Origin: Macrostomum lignano | Taxonomy: Eukaryota | DNA: 64,000 nucleotides | Assembly (NCBI GenBank): GCA_002269645.1 | Contig: NIVC01003176.1 | Span: forward strand, 50,046 to 114,045 | Reading direction: 5' to 3' | Shown here: positions 1-10,822 of the stretch, piece after piece | Layout: each line of letters starts with the position of its first letter | Position numbering within the stretch: the stretch's first letter is position 1 | Made by a program: the position numbers and the translations under genes | The notes under the pieces: generated by a model | The model's input: the letters and a program-made list of their open reading frames with translations, nothing else | What the model was told of the DNA's origin: nothing | The model's database searches: none

Positions 1-255
1 TAAAAAATACACCAGAAAGTCAGTTACAAAGTGGGTCAGGTAGTCAATAGGTGAGTCAGCAAGTGAGCCAAGAAGTGAGTCAATTAGTGGGTCAGGTAAT
101 TAGTGAATAAGTAGGTCAAGTAGTCAATAAATGGGCCAGGTAGTGAGTCAATAAGTGGGCAAGGTAGTGAGTCAATAAGTGGGTCAGGTAGTGAGTCAAT
201 AAGTGGGTCAGGTAGTGTCAGAAGGTGGGTCAATGTTAGGTTAGTAAGTAGGTCA
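1..255. repeat. ~24-bp degenerate tandem repeat
   Basis: gtgggtcaggtagtgagtcaataa units. Confidence 0.8.
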
Positions 256-303
256 GACAATGAATCCGTAACTAAATTTGGTTGTGCTTAATTGGGAAGT
301 CTA

Positions 304-836
304 ACGAGCAGCACACAACTCAGTATTTGAGCAGCACTCAGCAGCACACAACTCAGTATTTGAGCAGCACTCAGCAGCACACAACTCAGTATTTGAGCAG
401 CACTCAGCAGCACACAACTCAGTATTTGAGCAGCACTCAGCAGCACACAACTCAGTATTTGAGCAGCACTCAGCAGCACACAACTCAGTATTTGAGCAGC
501 ACTCAGCAGCACACAACTCAGTATTTGAGCAGCACTCAGCAGCACACAACTCAGTATTTGAGCAGCACTCAGCAGCACACAACTCAATATTTGAGCAACA
601 CATTCAACTCAATATTTGAGCAACACATTCAACTCAATATTTGAGCAGCACATTCAACTCAATATTTGAGCAGCACATTCAACTCAATATTTGAGCAGCA
701 CATTAAACTCAATATTTGAGCAGCACATTCAACTCAATATTTGAGCAGCACATTCAACTCAATATTTGAGCAGCACACAACTCAATATTTGAGCAACACA
801 TTAAACTCAGTATTTGAGCAGCACATTCAACTCAGT
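304..836. repeat. 33-bp then ~25-bp tandem arrays abutting the SLBP stop codon
   Basis: ctcagcagcacacaactcagtatttgagcagca x~9, then gagcagcacattcaactcaatattt x~9. Confidence 0.95.
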
Positions 837-2803
837 GCTTGAGCTTCTTGGAGGGCGAGTCGGTGAGGGCGGAGGACCTCTTGCGGGTGAGTCTGGGACA
901 GGCGGCTCCCACAGCGAGTCCCTGAACGTCGCTGGTCAAGCCGCTGTGCAGAGCGTCGGGCTGGACGCTGGAGGTGGCGGCAGGTGCAGCGGTGAGGGTC
1001 CGAGAGTCGCCGTCTTCATCGTCAGCCGGAAGCTTCGCAGGCGGTGGCGGCGGCGTGGACGATGGCGAGGACCGCGGCGAGATGCCAGCGCTGCTGCTGG
1101 CTGCGTCATCCCAGCGATGAAGCTGCAGCTTCCACTGCTTGACGCAGCCGTCCCAGGCTCTGCGGGACATTCGCACGAACTTGTTCGGAGTTCGCGGGTC
1201 GCCCTTCTCCCGCAGAGGCTTCGGCACCGACTTCACGTAGTTCGCGTACGCCGTCAGGTTCTTCGACTTGTCGATGTCGCGCTGCCGACGCAGCAGAACC
1301 GCCTCATCGTCCTCCATCTCGAAGCAGCTGCCGTCTGAGGCGTTTGAGTTCAGCGATGAGTTCAAGTTGCCTCCCACGCTGCTGTTGAGGCTCTGCGACA
1401 GCCGCTTCTGCGCCTGCTTGGCCTCGTAGCGCTGCTTGTCGAGTCGCGTCGTCTCGAACAGCTCGTCCTGCTTGGCCCAGTCAGTGTACATGGGGATGCG
1501 CTCCTTCACCTGGGGATGGGGTGCGGCTGCTCAGTACCTGGGATACCTGGGATGGGGTGCGGCTACTCAGTACCTGGGATACCTGGGATGGGGTGCGGCT
1601 GCTGAGTACCTGGGATACCTGGGATGGAATGCACTCATTCATCTGGGGATGGGTTGCGGCTGCTCAGAACCTGGGATACCTGGGATGGGTGCGGCTGCTC
1701 AGAACCTGGGATACCTGGGATGGGTGCGGCTGCTCAGTACCTGGGATGCCTGGGATGGAGTGTGGCTGCTAAGAACCTGGGATACCTGGGACGGGGTGCG
1801 GCTGCTGAGTACCTAGGATACCTGGGGATGGGGTGCGGCTGCTCAGTACCTGGGATACCTGGGATGGAATGCACTCATTCACCTGGGGATGGGTTGCGGC
1901 TGCTCAGAACCTGGGATACCTGGGATGGGTGCGGCTGCTCAGAACCTGGGATACCTGGGATGGGTGCGGCTGCTCAGTACCTGGGATGCCTGGGATGGAG
2001 TGTGGCTGCTAAGAACCTGGGATACCTGGGACGGGGTGCGGCTGCTGAGTACCTAGGATACCTGGGGATGGGGTGCGGCTGCTCAGTACCTGGGATACCT
2101 GGGATGGAATGCACTCATTCACCTGGGGATGGGTTGCGGCTGCTCAGAACCTGGGATACCTGGGATGGGTGCGGCTGCTCAGTACCTGGGATACCTGGGA
2201 TGGAGTGTGGCTGCTAAGAACCTGGGATACCTGGGACGGGGTGCGGCTGCTGAGTACCTAGGATACCTGGGGATGGGGTGCGGCTGCTGAGTACCTGGGA
2301 TGGGGTGCGGCTGCTCAGAACCTGGAATACCTGGGATGGGGTGCGGCTGCTCAGTACCTGGGATACCTGGGATGGGGTGCGGCTGCTCAGAACCTGGAAT
2401 ACCTGGGATGGGGTGCGGCTGCTCAGTACCTGGGATACCTGGGATGGGTGCGGCTGCTCAGTACCTGGGATACCTGGGATGGGGTGCGGCTGCTCAGTAC
2501 CTGGGATACCTGGGATGGGGTACGGCTGCTCAGTACCTGGGATACCTGGGATGCTCCCAATACCCCAGCAAGCGCACGCACCTGCCGCAGCTCAATGCTT
2601 GGATCATATCGCAGGTGTCTCGGCACCCCGCCAGCCAGGCTGTTCCGCCCGCCAGCAAAGCCGTGGCGCCGACCGCCCCTGCCAGCCGGTGAGAAGCTGG
2701 CGGCAGCGGAGGCTGGCAGCGATGGCCGCGAGATTCGACTCCGGGACCTGCTGGTGTCCCTGCGGCGCTGCGGCGAGGCCGCCTTCCTGTGACGGGTCTC
2801 CAT
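832..2803 (-). CDS. SLBP: Histone RNA stem-loop binding protein, 2 exons: 2582-2803 (alternative in-phase donor gives 2546-2803) and 832-1509; ~299 aa
   Basis: Exon 2 encodes EDDEAVLLRRQRDIDKSKNLTAYANYVKSVPKPLREKGDPRTPNKFVRMSRRAWDGCVKQWKLQLHRWD, matching the SLBP RNA-binding domain including the TPNK and SRRxWD motifs. ATG at 2801-2803, donor CAG|gtgcgt, acceptor ccccag|GTG at 1509, phase 0, TGA at 832-834. Confidence 0.92.
1510..2552. repeat. SLBP intron minisatellite
   Basis: ctgggatggggtgcggctgctcagtacctgggatac units with higher-order variants. Confidence 0.95.
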
Positions 2804-3449
2804 AATTATACACAAAGCTTTGATTCGGTCTAGTATATAAAACAAGCTTTTAAGTTGTCTCTCTGTAGTGTGTACAGAAAGTAGAATGATTAGTATATTT
2901 TTATTATTGTACAGGCAAAATAATTTAATATGCATTTTATTATAAAAATGAATTTATCAGCGTTGCTAATGAAAATTTTAACTTCTGTTAATTGCAAAAG
3001 TAAAAATATTTAATAAAAACTACTTCTATATAAAATACTACTAAGAGTATGTATAAAGTAAAATAAGTAACTTTTGTAATCGAAATCTGAAATAACTCAT
3101 AATTTTAACTCATTAATTGCATGATCATCATAAACAGAGATTAATTAGACAAGTTAGAATGTTTTAACTTCTTATCAGACTTATTGACTATTTAGTAATG
3201 AAGTGGTGCTCAACACTATTATTAAATAAGTTAATGTACTTGGGGAATAAATTTAAATATTATAGTTCATTCCTCATGTTCCTGTTTTATTAGGAATAAC
3301 TAAGCCAATTATACAATAGGAACTAAATCAATTACATTTAGGGATTGACTGACCATGATTTTTTGTGCGTGATTGGAACTAGACCATGAATAAAACTATG
3401 TGTGACCATGAATTTTATATAACATTCATTTTAATTTTAATTCAAGTTA

Positions 3450-5297
3450 ATTAATACTACCAAGTCTAGTAATTTTTATTGATTTTTAAGCTTTGTTTTA
3501 TCATGTTTAATGTTTGACCATATTTAATTATGTGGCTTTGTTGCATCTGTGCTAATTTGCTGCAATTTTGGTTTGCTTTGGATGTGCTAATTTAAAAAAA
3601 TTAAAGTTTTATTACACAAAATTCATTAATTGTGATTTGCAAGACTATGCCTGATTTTTTTGTGATCATATTTTTTGCGATTGTGACTATGATCACAGCC
3701 AATCCCTATTCTATTCCAATTCCAATATTGATTCCACATTTTTCTAGGTGTCCTAAAGTAATATACACAGTAATAATGAATAATAAAACAATGTTGGTGA
3801 TATTCTAGTTTGTTTTACAATATTATTTTGAAGTTTGAATTGGTACCACAATATAGTGCCACAATATGAGGCTGGGCTAAGTACTAGATTAAAAGATAGG
3901 CCTAAAATATTATTGATAAAGCATTTTCTGACATCATTTCCTATTTTTTTGGCTCTATCATTCATCATTCAAAACTTATCATTTTTGTCATAGTACTAAG
4001 CTTAAATATTGTAATCTAATTTAAAACATTGCTAAACAAACTATTAGATTGGCACAATATTTAGTTAATTGCAAAATTAAGTTATTACTAAGCCTACCAC
4101 TATCATGAAATAGATATTTTTGTCTACTAGTAGAAAAAACTAATAGACAAAATGAAAAATTTCAGCTTTTAATTTTGCTTATGTCATATTTTCTTAATTT
4201 TCAATCATATTTTACATTTGTTTTTATATTTTTAATTATTTATTTTGCAATTTGTCATTTTTGTTTAGTTTTTATAATAAGTACTTTTAAAAGGATTGAT
4301 AAAAGATTGATAAAATGATTATTTTCATTTTTAGTATATAGGAAGGTTATAAGTGGATAACTTGGCCATTTTTGTATCCTAAGTTCAAACACAATGTATC
4401 CTTATATTGGTTGAACCTGAGAATTTTCTATGCCAAGTGTATATAACAAGTAGGATTTATCTTAGTGAGATGCAAAAATATGCCAAAACTTTTTAATACA
4501 AAAACCGTTTTTAGATTATAGGCATTATATACTTTCAGTCTACCTAAGTCTAAAATACATAAAGGGACTATGAAAACATTTTACTATTTTAAGTGAAAAA
4601 TTTGGAACTATAACAATATGTTCCTATGATTCTATGCAATTGTATACCTTTTCTAACTTAATGGCATTTATGCAGACCCTAAATTATCTATTATTAAATA
4701 ATTTATATATTGTTTTACATACCAATTTTTTATAATTCCTAGGATTTCAAAATTATTATCTATTGTAACATTAGAATGTATATGCTTATGCAAATTCTTT
4801 AAATCAAAGAGACTCAGGTCATAGCAATAGGGAGATAGTATATACAGCATAGAAATGTCTATGCCATTGCTGCACAAGCAAGATATGCTTTTCTCACATG
4901 GTCATACTATGGATATCAGCCAGTATGCACTATGTAACAATGTATATTATATATATATGCTGAGAAACATTATTGCACATTGATCAATATATAGTATTAA
5001 AATATAAAGAAAAAAGTAGAGATGTTGGTGTTTTATTTAATTTTGTACTTTTTGACTAATTTTAAGTTTGACATCTAAGTTGCATTTAGAGATTGACAGT
5101 AATAATGGTCACAATCACAAAAACCATGATCACAAGAAAAAAATACTCATAGTCTTTTGCCTATTATAATTTATGAATTTTGAGAATTAAAATAATTTTC
5201 AAGTCATAGCACAACCAAAGTAAACTAAAATTGCAACAAATTAGCACAGATAAGCTTAAATATCAATAAAAATTATTAGGCTTGGTAGTATTAATAG
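3450..5297. repeat. Diverged ~200-250 bp inverted repeat pair (3450-3695 and 5097-5297), MITE/DNA-transposon-like
   Basis: taatactaccaagtctagtaatttttattgat...atctgtgctaatttgctgcaatttt...tgtgatcat matches the reverse complement of 5097-5297, apart from one indel. Confidence 0.55.
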
Positions 5298-5339
5298 TAA
5301 TAGTTCTGTTTAAATTAAAATATGTACTAGTGCTATGCC

Positions 5340-6048
5340 TTTATAATAGTATACTCGAATGTTCTTTCAATAACTGTATATTCGAATCTTTCCTAGAAAC
5401 TGAATCTACGCGAAACGCTAAATAATAGTTTGTTTTAATGTGCGAAATAAATTGGGGAATTATTTTTTGTTTTAATGGTATGGGAGGGAAACCACTATAT
5501 ATAGGAGTGGTTTTGCGGCAAATATACTCGAACTGTCTTTTACCTGTGAGCAATATTGCGAACAAAATAAGCAGTTCAATCTAAACCTTTCAAAGTCTTC
5601 CGAGTTGAATAAACGACTTATTTATTTGCAAAGTCTGAGAAACGATTCTAAGAGATCTGCTAAGAAAAGGGAATCGGGGGATAATTCGCAGAAGTATTAA
5701 GAGAGGCGCCGTGACCCTCTAGTCTTGGTAACGCCCGATTAGGACTATTCACTAATACATATACCAGTACTAGACCGCTCAGGCCATAAGCTACCAGAAC
5801 GCTACCAGAAGGCAAGCCATAAGCTACCAGAATGCTACCAGAAAGCAGGCCATAAGCTACCAGAACGCTACCAGAAGGCAAGCCATAAGCTACCAGAATG
5901 CTACCAGAAATGCTACTAAGAACGCTACCCAGAAATATTTAAATGAAATTCTAAGAAATAGTTAGGGAGTAAAAACAAGTATAATCAGGATAACTGTAGT
6001 TGGCAAACAGGAATAACCCCTGTTACAACTTAGTGGCAATAGAGGGAT
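5340..6048 (+). mobile_element. Second putative LTR end with degenerate tRNA-Leu-like PBS; contains a ~30-bp tandem repeat (5780-5935)
   Basis: ...GTTACA (6027), ACT, then TAGTGGCAATAGAGGGAT, resembling TGGTGGCAGCGGTGGGAT. TATATATA at 5496. Repeat gccataagctaccagaacgctaccagaagg x~4. Confidence 0.4.
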
Positions 6049-6674
6049 AATTTGAAGGGACAGAAGTAAGCCCTGCGACAACTTTATAATATAAAAAATT
6101 GGTAATCAGCATAGGTTTTAGCCTACTTTGACAAAAGAATTTTTGGCAAAAGTCATAATGTTGAAAAATACTTTTGCAATGACTATTTTGTCTAAAGCTG
6201 ACCATTTCAGTGAAAAATTTATTCTAAGCTTTGCTAAAGAGTTTTTTGCTCTAGAAGAAAGTTAAAACCAAAATGACGAACTTTATAAATACTAATTTTA
6301 TCATGACATGTTTTTGTTTTGTCACAATTAAATTCAGGGCCTAGTTGTTTTATGCTTTTCCTATTTTTTTTCTAATTCCTTTCCTTTCCTATTTCCTATC
6401 TTTCCATTATGCCATAATGAAAAGATGCCTTTCCATTATGGCAAAATTTCAAAGTACAATTTTAAGAGCCTGGATAATCTGAAAAACCACAACTTCATCA
6501 TCCCTAATCTATTGACTACATATTGATAGATTGCATGTACATAACACAGCTACAAACTAAGTCATGAGTTTTTTAATTTTCTAACTGCAAATAATTTGCA
6601 GCAATGAACAATTTATTAAAACTTCAATCACCAAAGTGGTAGGCCTATATTTGCAATATATATATGTATGATAT

Positions 6675-7454
6675 GTGCTCACAGTGGTTGGTAGCACCAT
6701 GCAATACCCTTTTGCCTTTCTGATCTGCAACCAGAAATCAGATACTGTCATTAAAATCCTGCAGGAGAGAATCTTTAGTGAGTACAGACAGTGCCACTGG
6801 ATTCTTACCAATAATGGTAAAACATTCTCCAGCAGGCAGTTCAAGGCTTTTTGTGAACTCCATAATGTCAAGCAGACATTCACTACCCCTTATCATGCCC
6901 AGAGCAATAGCTTGGTAAAAAGGTTCAATAAGCAGATAAAGTCTATTATTACCTGCCTTATCAAGAAAGTCCATAATAACTGGGATCTGATGATTCCAGT
7001 TGCGCTAGTTGCTGTCCAAACCAGTGTCAATCAGACAACAGGTTTCACACCCTATTTCCTGTTATTTGGAAGGGAAGCTGTGTTACCTATGGACAATCAA
7101 ATCAAGGACTCAAAGCACTACGCAGGCTATCCATCCTATAATGTGAAACTTGTAAAAAAGAAATTGGAGAAGGTGATAAACCAAGGACAGACTGCTGCTG
7201 AAACTAGCAAACAGCCAAAAGAAGTACCGTTAGGAAGTTTAGTGCTTATTAATAACCTGCAACTAGATAACGAGGAGTCGCATAAAATCCATAGACAGCG
7301 AAGATTAGCATACCGAGTTTTGAAGCAAATTTCAGAGGTAGTATTCAAGGTGCAGAAGGAAGAAGAAGGAAAGCTAATAGGAATAGAGTTGTTAGTGCAT
7401 AGGGACAACTTAGCTCTAGTGCCAAATTCAGTTAAAGAAATTGCCGCCAGCTAG
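6675..7454 (+). mobile_element. Degenerate Ty3/Gypsy integrase (rve core plus GPY/F-like tail)
   Basis: YPFAF, ILTNNGKTFSSRQF, TTPYHAQSNSLVKRFN, WD, QTTGFTPYFLLFGRE, VHRDNL. The catalytic DNG reads NNG and VERFN reads VKRFN, so it is probably inactive. Confidence 0.9.
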
Positions 7455-7917
7455 TTAGACAAAACTGCGACTGCGAGAGAGCCTAAAGTTAAAGGAAGCC
7501 AGCGCAGTACCACAGAAGCAAAAGTTAAGGAAAGCTACCCCCGGAGGGAAGAGATGGAAGAAGAAGAATCAGAAGATAAAGACCGCCTGAATTGGCAAAA
7601 TCAGAGCAAGACAGTGAAGGCAAAGATGGAGCATCAAGTGAGTCAGATAGTGAGATCTTTGAAGAAGAAGGCAATGATAACAAAGAAGCAGAACTGACAC
7701 AAGAGGAAGAGAGAGAAGAGCTCAAACCTGAGCAAGAGCCCATTGAGATTACTAAAGAGGCGCCTAGGCTTGTAGTCAGATAAAGCCCCCGAATAGGTGC
7801 TCATGCTACCTGAAGAGGCTGATTATGGTATGGCACCTATTGCCTAATCTGACCTATTGAGAGATGAGAAACAGGAGAAAGGGTGCGCACAGGCGCAAAG
7901 GCTAGGGGAGCAATCCC

Positions 7918-8068
7918 ATTGGAAGAGAGGAGTGGTGTGAGGAGAGCCAATGAGAGCACAACATTGGGAAATTGGCTGTCTAAGCAAATCAGAGATCACA
8001 ATCTATCCCAGGATCCCCCCTGGGAGAGGCCTATATAAGCGAGACCCCTGAGCCCCGGAAGCCATTCA
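7918..8068 (+). promoter_or_regulatory. Pol II-type promoter upstream of the extra ORF
   Basis: CCAAT at 7947, ATTGG at 7918/7963/7971, TATATAA at 8032-8038, Inr-like CCATTC about 32 nt downstream, ATG at 8103. Confidence 0.5.
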
Positions 8069-8102
8069 TATTTCCTAGAGAAGCCGAGAATTTTGGATAA
8101 GT

Positions 8103-9615
8103 ATGAGCAATCAAGGAGAAGACGAATTCTTCCTGCTCAATGAGCTACTAAGCTTTAACAATCCGTATGATCTCCAAGAGGAGATAGTGGTAACAACTGC
8201 TGAACCTGGCGCAGCTGTGAATGCCAAACATGGCTCAGCTACTGCCGAATCTGGCTCAGCTACTGCCAAATCTGGCCCAGCTATGGCTGTCGACCCAGGT
8301 GCAGCTGCGACCGCCAACGTGGGTGCCGCCACTATAGTCAATCTGGGCACCTCCGGATCAGCCGAGGCAGCCGCAGTTGCTGAAGCAGACACCCTTGACA
8401 ATCGGAGCACAGTCCCAAAATGGCCACCATTTGTGGCAATAGGGATCTGGAGGCTCCCGAAAGGCAGCCCACCATGCCCGCCAAGCCCGAAGCACGCCTG
8501 AATTCAGTAGTGAAGCGAATTGGGTTGCCGGTTTGGGCTCTGGTGCAGCCAAAGAAACCTGCTACAACGAGAATCCTAGTGTCTCAGGCAGCTGAAAGTT
8601 GGGCTGCTCTTTTACAGCGGCAAGCGAATTGAGTTCTTGAAAATCCCAATGTTGCTAGAAGGAACCCCAAAGCGGCTAGCTCTGCGGTGATGCTGTGCCT
8701 TGGCCCCGCGGTCAGGAGGATCCTGCCAAAATCACAGCAACAGCCGCCGGCGCAACAGCCATTGCCCAGGGGACGTTTGGCTAGGCAGAGATTGTTGGCG
8801 CAGCAAGAGACAGCGACGGTCCCCTACACGGCAGTAGCAGCAGCAAAAGCCACCGGTGCAACCGCTGCAGCAGCCGCCACACCCACAGCTGATGCCGCAA
8901 CCGCCGCAGCAGCTGCCATACCCACAGCAGCAGCCGATGCCACAATTACCGCAGCAGCCACCGCACCTACAGCCACAGCTGGCATTGCAACCACCACAGT
9001 AGCCAATGCCGCAACTGCTGCAGTAGCCGCCGCACCCGCAGCCACTGCTACAACAGCCGTCAACATATCCAAAATAGCTACAACCACAACAATGGCCGCT
9101 GCTATACCAGCAGCCTCTGCAATAGCCACCATAGCCACAGCCAATGTGGCTCCAGCCATCGCAACCGCAACTTCAGCAGTCTTTTCAACAACCACTTCAT
9201 GTCACAGCCGTTGCCGCAATCTGCCTGCGGCATGACCCAACCTTAATATCAGCAGCAGCCTGGACGAAAGCCATTTCCACACCCCATTGACAAGAATGAA
9301 CTAGGTGCCAATCTTAGTCAGGTGCTAAGTGAGATGCCGGAAGTGCGCCATGCCCATTTTAAGAAAATGATTGCGATGATAAAGTCCTATCTCATGAGGA
9401 TAACCAATGTCAGGCTGGACCAGGCTTTGGCACAGAGAGCTCATGTCCAGCCAATACTCAACCTGCTAAGCAATGACTATTCGCAGGAGCAAGCGATTGC
9501 CACCTGGAGGCGAGCAGTCACCTATATGCTACAGGCGCTACGAATGGCAGGACAACCGTATTACGCCACCCTACTCCAGATAGAGATAAGGTGGATGGCC
9601 AAAATCCTAGGCTAA
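8103..9615 (+). pseudogene. Decayed extra ORF downstream of the integrase (A-rich, then Q/P-rich, then a helical C-terminal domain)
   Basis: Frame 8103 continues into QQQKPPVQPLQQPPHPQLMPQPPQQLPYPQQQP, interrupted by TAG/TGA at what look like former CAG/CGA codons. One frameshift near 9195 joins it to ORF 9322-9615. Confidence 0.55.
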
Positions 9616-10199
9616 GGACGACAGCCACTGCCAGAGGAATTTGAGATGGAATGATGTAGAATTGCGAGATGAACTGATCATTACAAACGCATGCCTATCC
9701 CATTTATTATCTTTGTGTTTATGTTGCTTTTTATTGAATATCCTATGGTGCTATTTCATCCTATGGTGTTTTCCTTTGAATATCTTATAATAACTTTTGC
9801 AACTATGTGCCTACACCGCGCTACCTTTTTCTTTGTGCACGCATTCACCATGTGCTTATTTTTAGGACTAAAATTCTGTGCATTAATACTTACTTTGCTT
9901 GCCCATTTGCCAATCGCATATGCTCCTTTTTATACATGTTATTCTGCACATGTTATAGTCATTTTTGCTTTTAACAATGCACTTTTGTCATATATTACTG
10001 TTAGTAGACACCTTCAGCATTGAATAATTTTAGCATCAATTAATTTCTCACTCATACTTTTATTCAAAATTAATTGCTAGAAAAGCCAGTTGATGTAGGC
10101 CCAATTTAAATTTTTGCATCACTATGGAAACATAACTTGGAAAATAATATTTTTGTTTAAATGAATCTGGTCCCCCACCCTAATTTTAGTATAAATATA

Positions 10200-10822
10200 C
10201 AGGAGTTTTGCACCCAAAGAGGCGACCAAGCTTTTTACTCGATCTTGAATTCAGAGGTGATTTGCTTAAGAAAATTAGAGGTGTTCAAGCCTTCCCTATT
10301 TGTCAAAAGCTGAGAGCAACTGCTCATTGGGCAAAGGTGGAATCTACTAAGAGTATCAGACTAACAGTCTACAAGCCAATAAGCGGACCCACAAAGAATG
10401 GAGGCGTGATCAGCCAATAGACAAAGGAGAATTATCCCAATGGCTATTTCGAATCGAACAGCCAATGACAAGTTGTGAATGACATAAGCAAATCTGTAGA
10501 CAGGAAACCAGAATTCACCAGGCACCCTCGGTCCATTAGAGAAGCTGCTTTTTAGGACTTAGTCACCCCCTTAGCTAAACAATGTCTTGCTGCTCAGGCA
10601 CTGTGCACTACCAGGGCAATCCGTACTTATATGAAAGCCCATAGTTCTAACCTTGTAACTTAGTAATTCTAGGAATTCTAACTGGTTCAAATGGCCAGCT
10701 TATACATAAACCTTTAAAATTATAAAACTCACTCCAGGATACTCAAGAGCTTTGTAGCATCAGCAGGATAAGTTAAAATTAAAAATAAAATCCTCTAACA
10801 ACTTGGTAACAACCGTAGGATT
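10200..10822 (+). mobile_element. LTR (left end uncertain) with primer-binding site
   Basis: CCAAT at 10376, 10414, 10437 and 10462, TATAAAA at 10721, AATAAA at 10784, end ...CTAACA at 10800, then ACT and TGG-T-AACAACC-GTAGG-ATT (10804-10822) in tRNA 3'-end register. Confidence 0.6.

Noticed and set aside
282-644. ORF-track proteins made of repeats (also 1436-2261, 17139-17998, 22183-23040, 23870-25424, 33268-34062, 46087-46866, 48774-49241, 54025-55979)
   Set aside because: Stop-free translation of tandem repeats in several frames at once; they lie inside introns or UTRs.
590-835. Histone-type stem-loops in the SLBP 3' array (CTCAA-ATA-TTGAG), suggesting autoregulation
   Set aside because: A 5-bp stem with a 3-nt loop does not match the 6-bp stem/UUUC-type loop consensus that SLBP recognises.
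1510-2581. CAG|GTG direct repeat at both intron ends as an introner target-site duplication (also CAG|GTC at intron 20)
   Set aside because: Explained by the ordinary MAG|G proto-splice consensus. No terminal inverted repeats and no similarity between whole introns.
4340-4400. Possible LSU rRNA fragment (aagttat...ggataact)
   Set aside because: Only a short motif resembles rRNA and the similarity does not continue.
7592-7783. Acidic ORF as a separate gene
   Set aside because: Most likely the broken low-complexity C-terminal tail of the pol ORF.
8687-9235. Ala/Thr-rich antifreeze- or mucin-like ORF
   Set aside because: Alternate-frame reading of the CAG/CCG-rich Q/P ORF.
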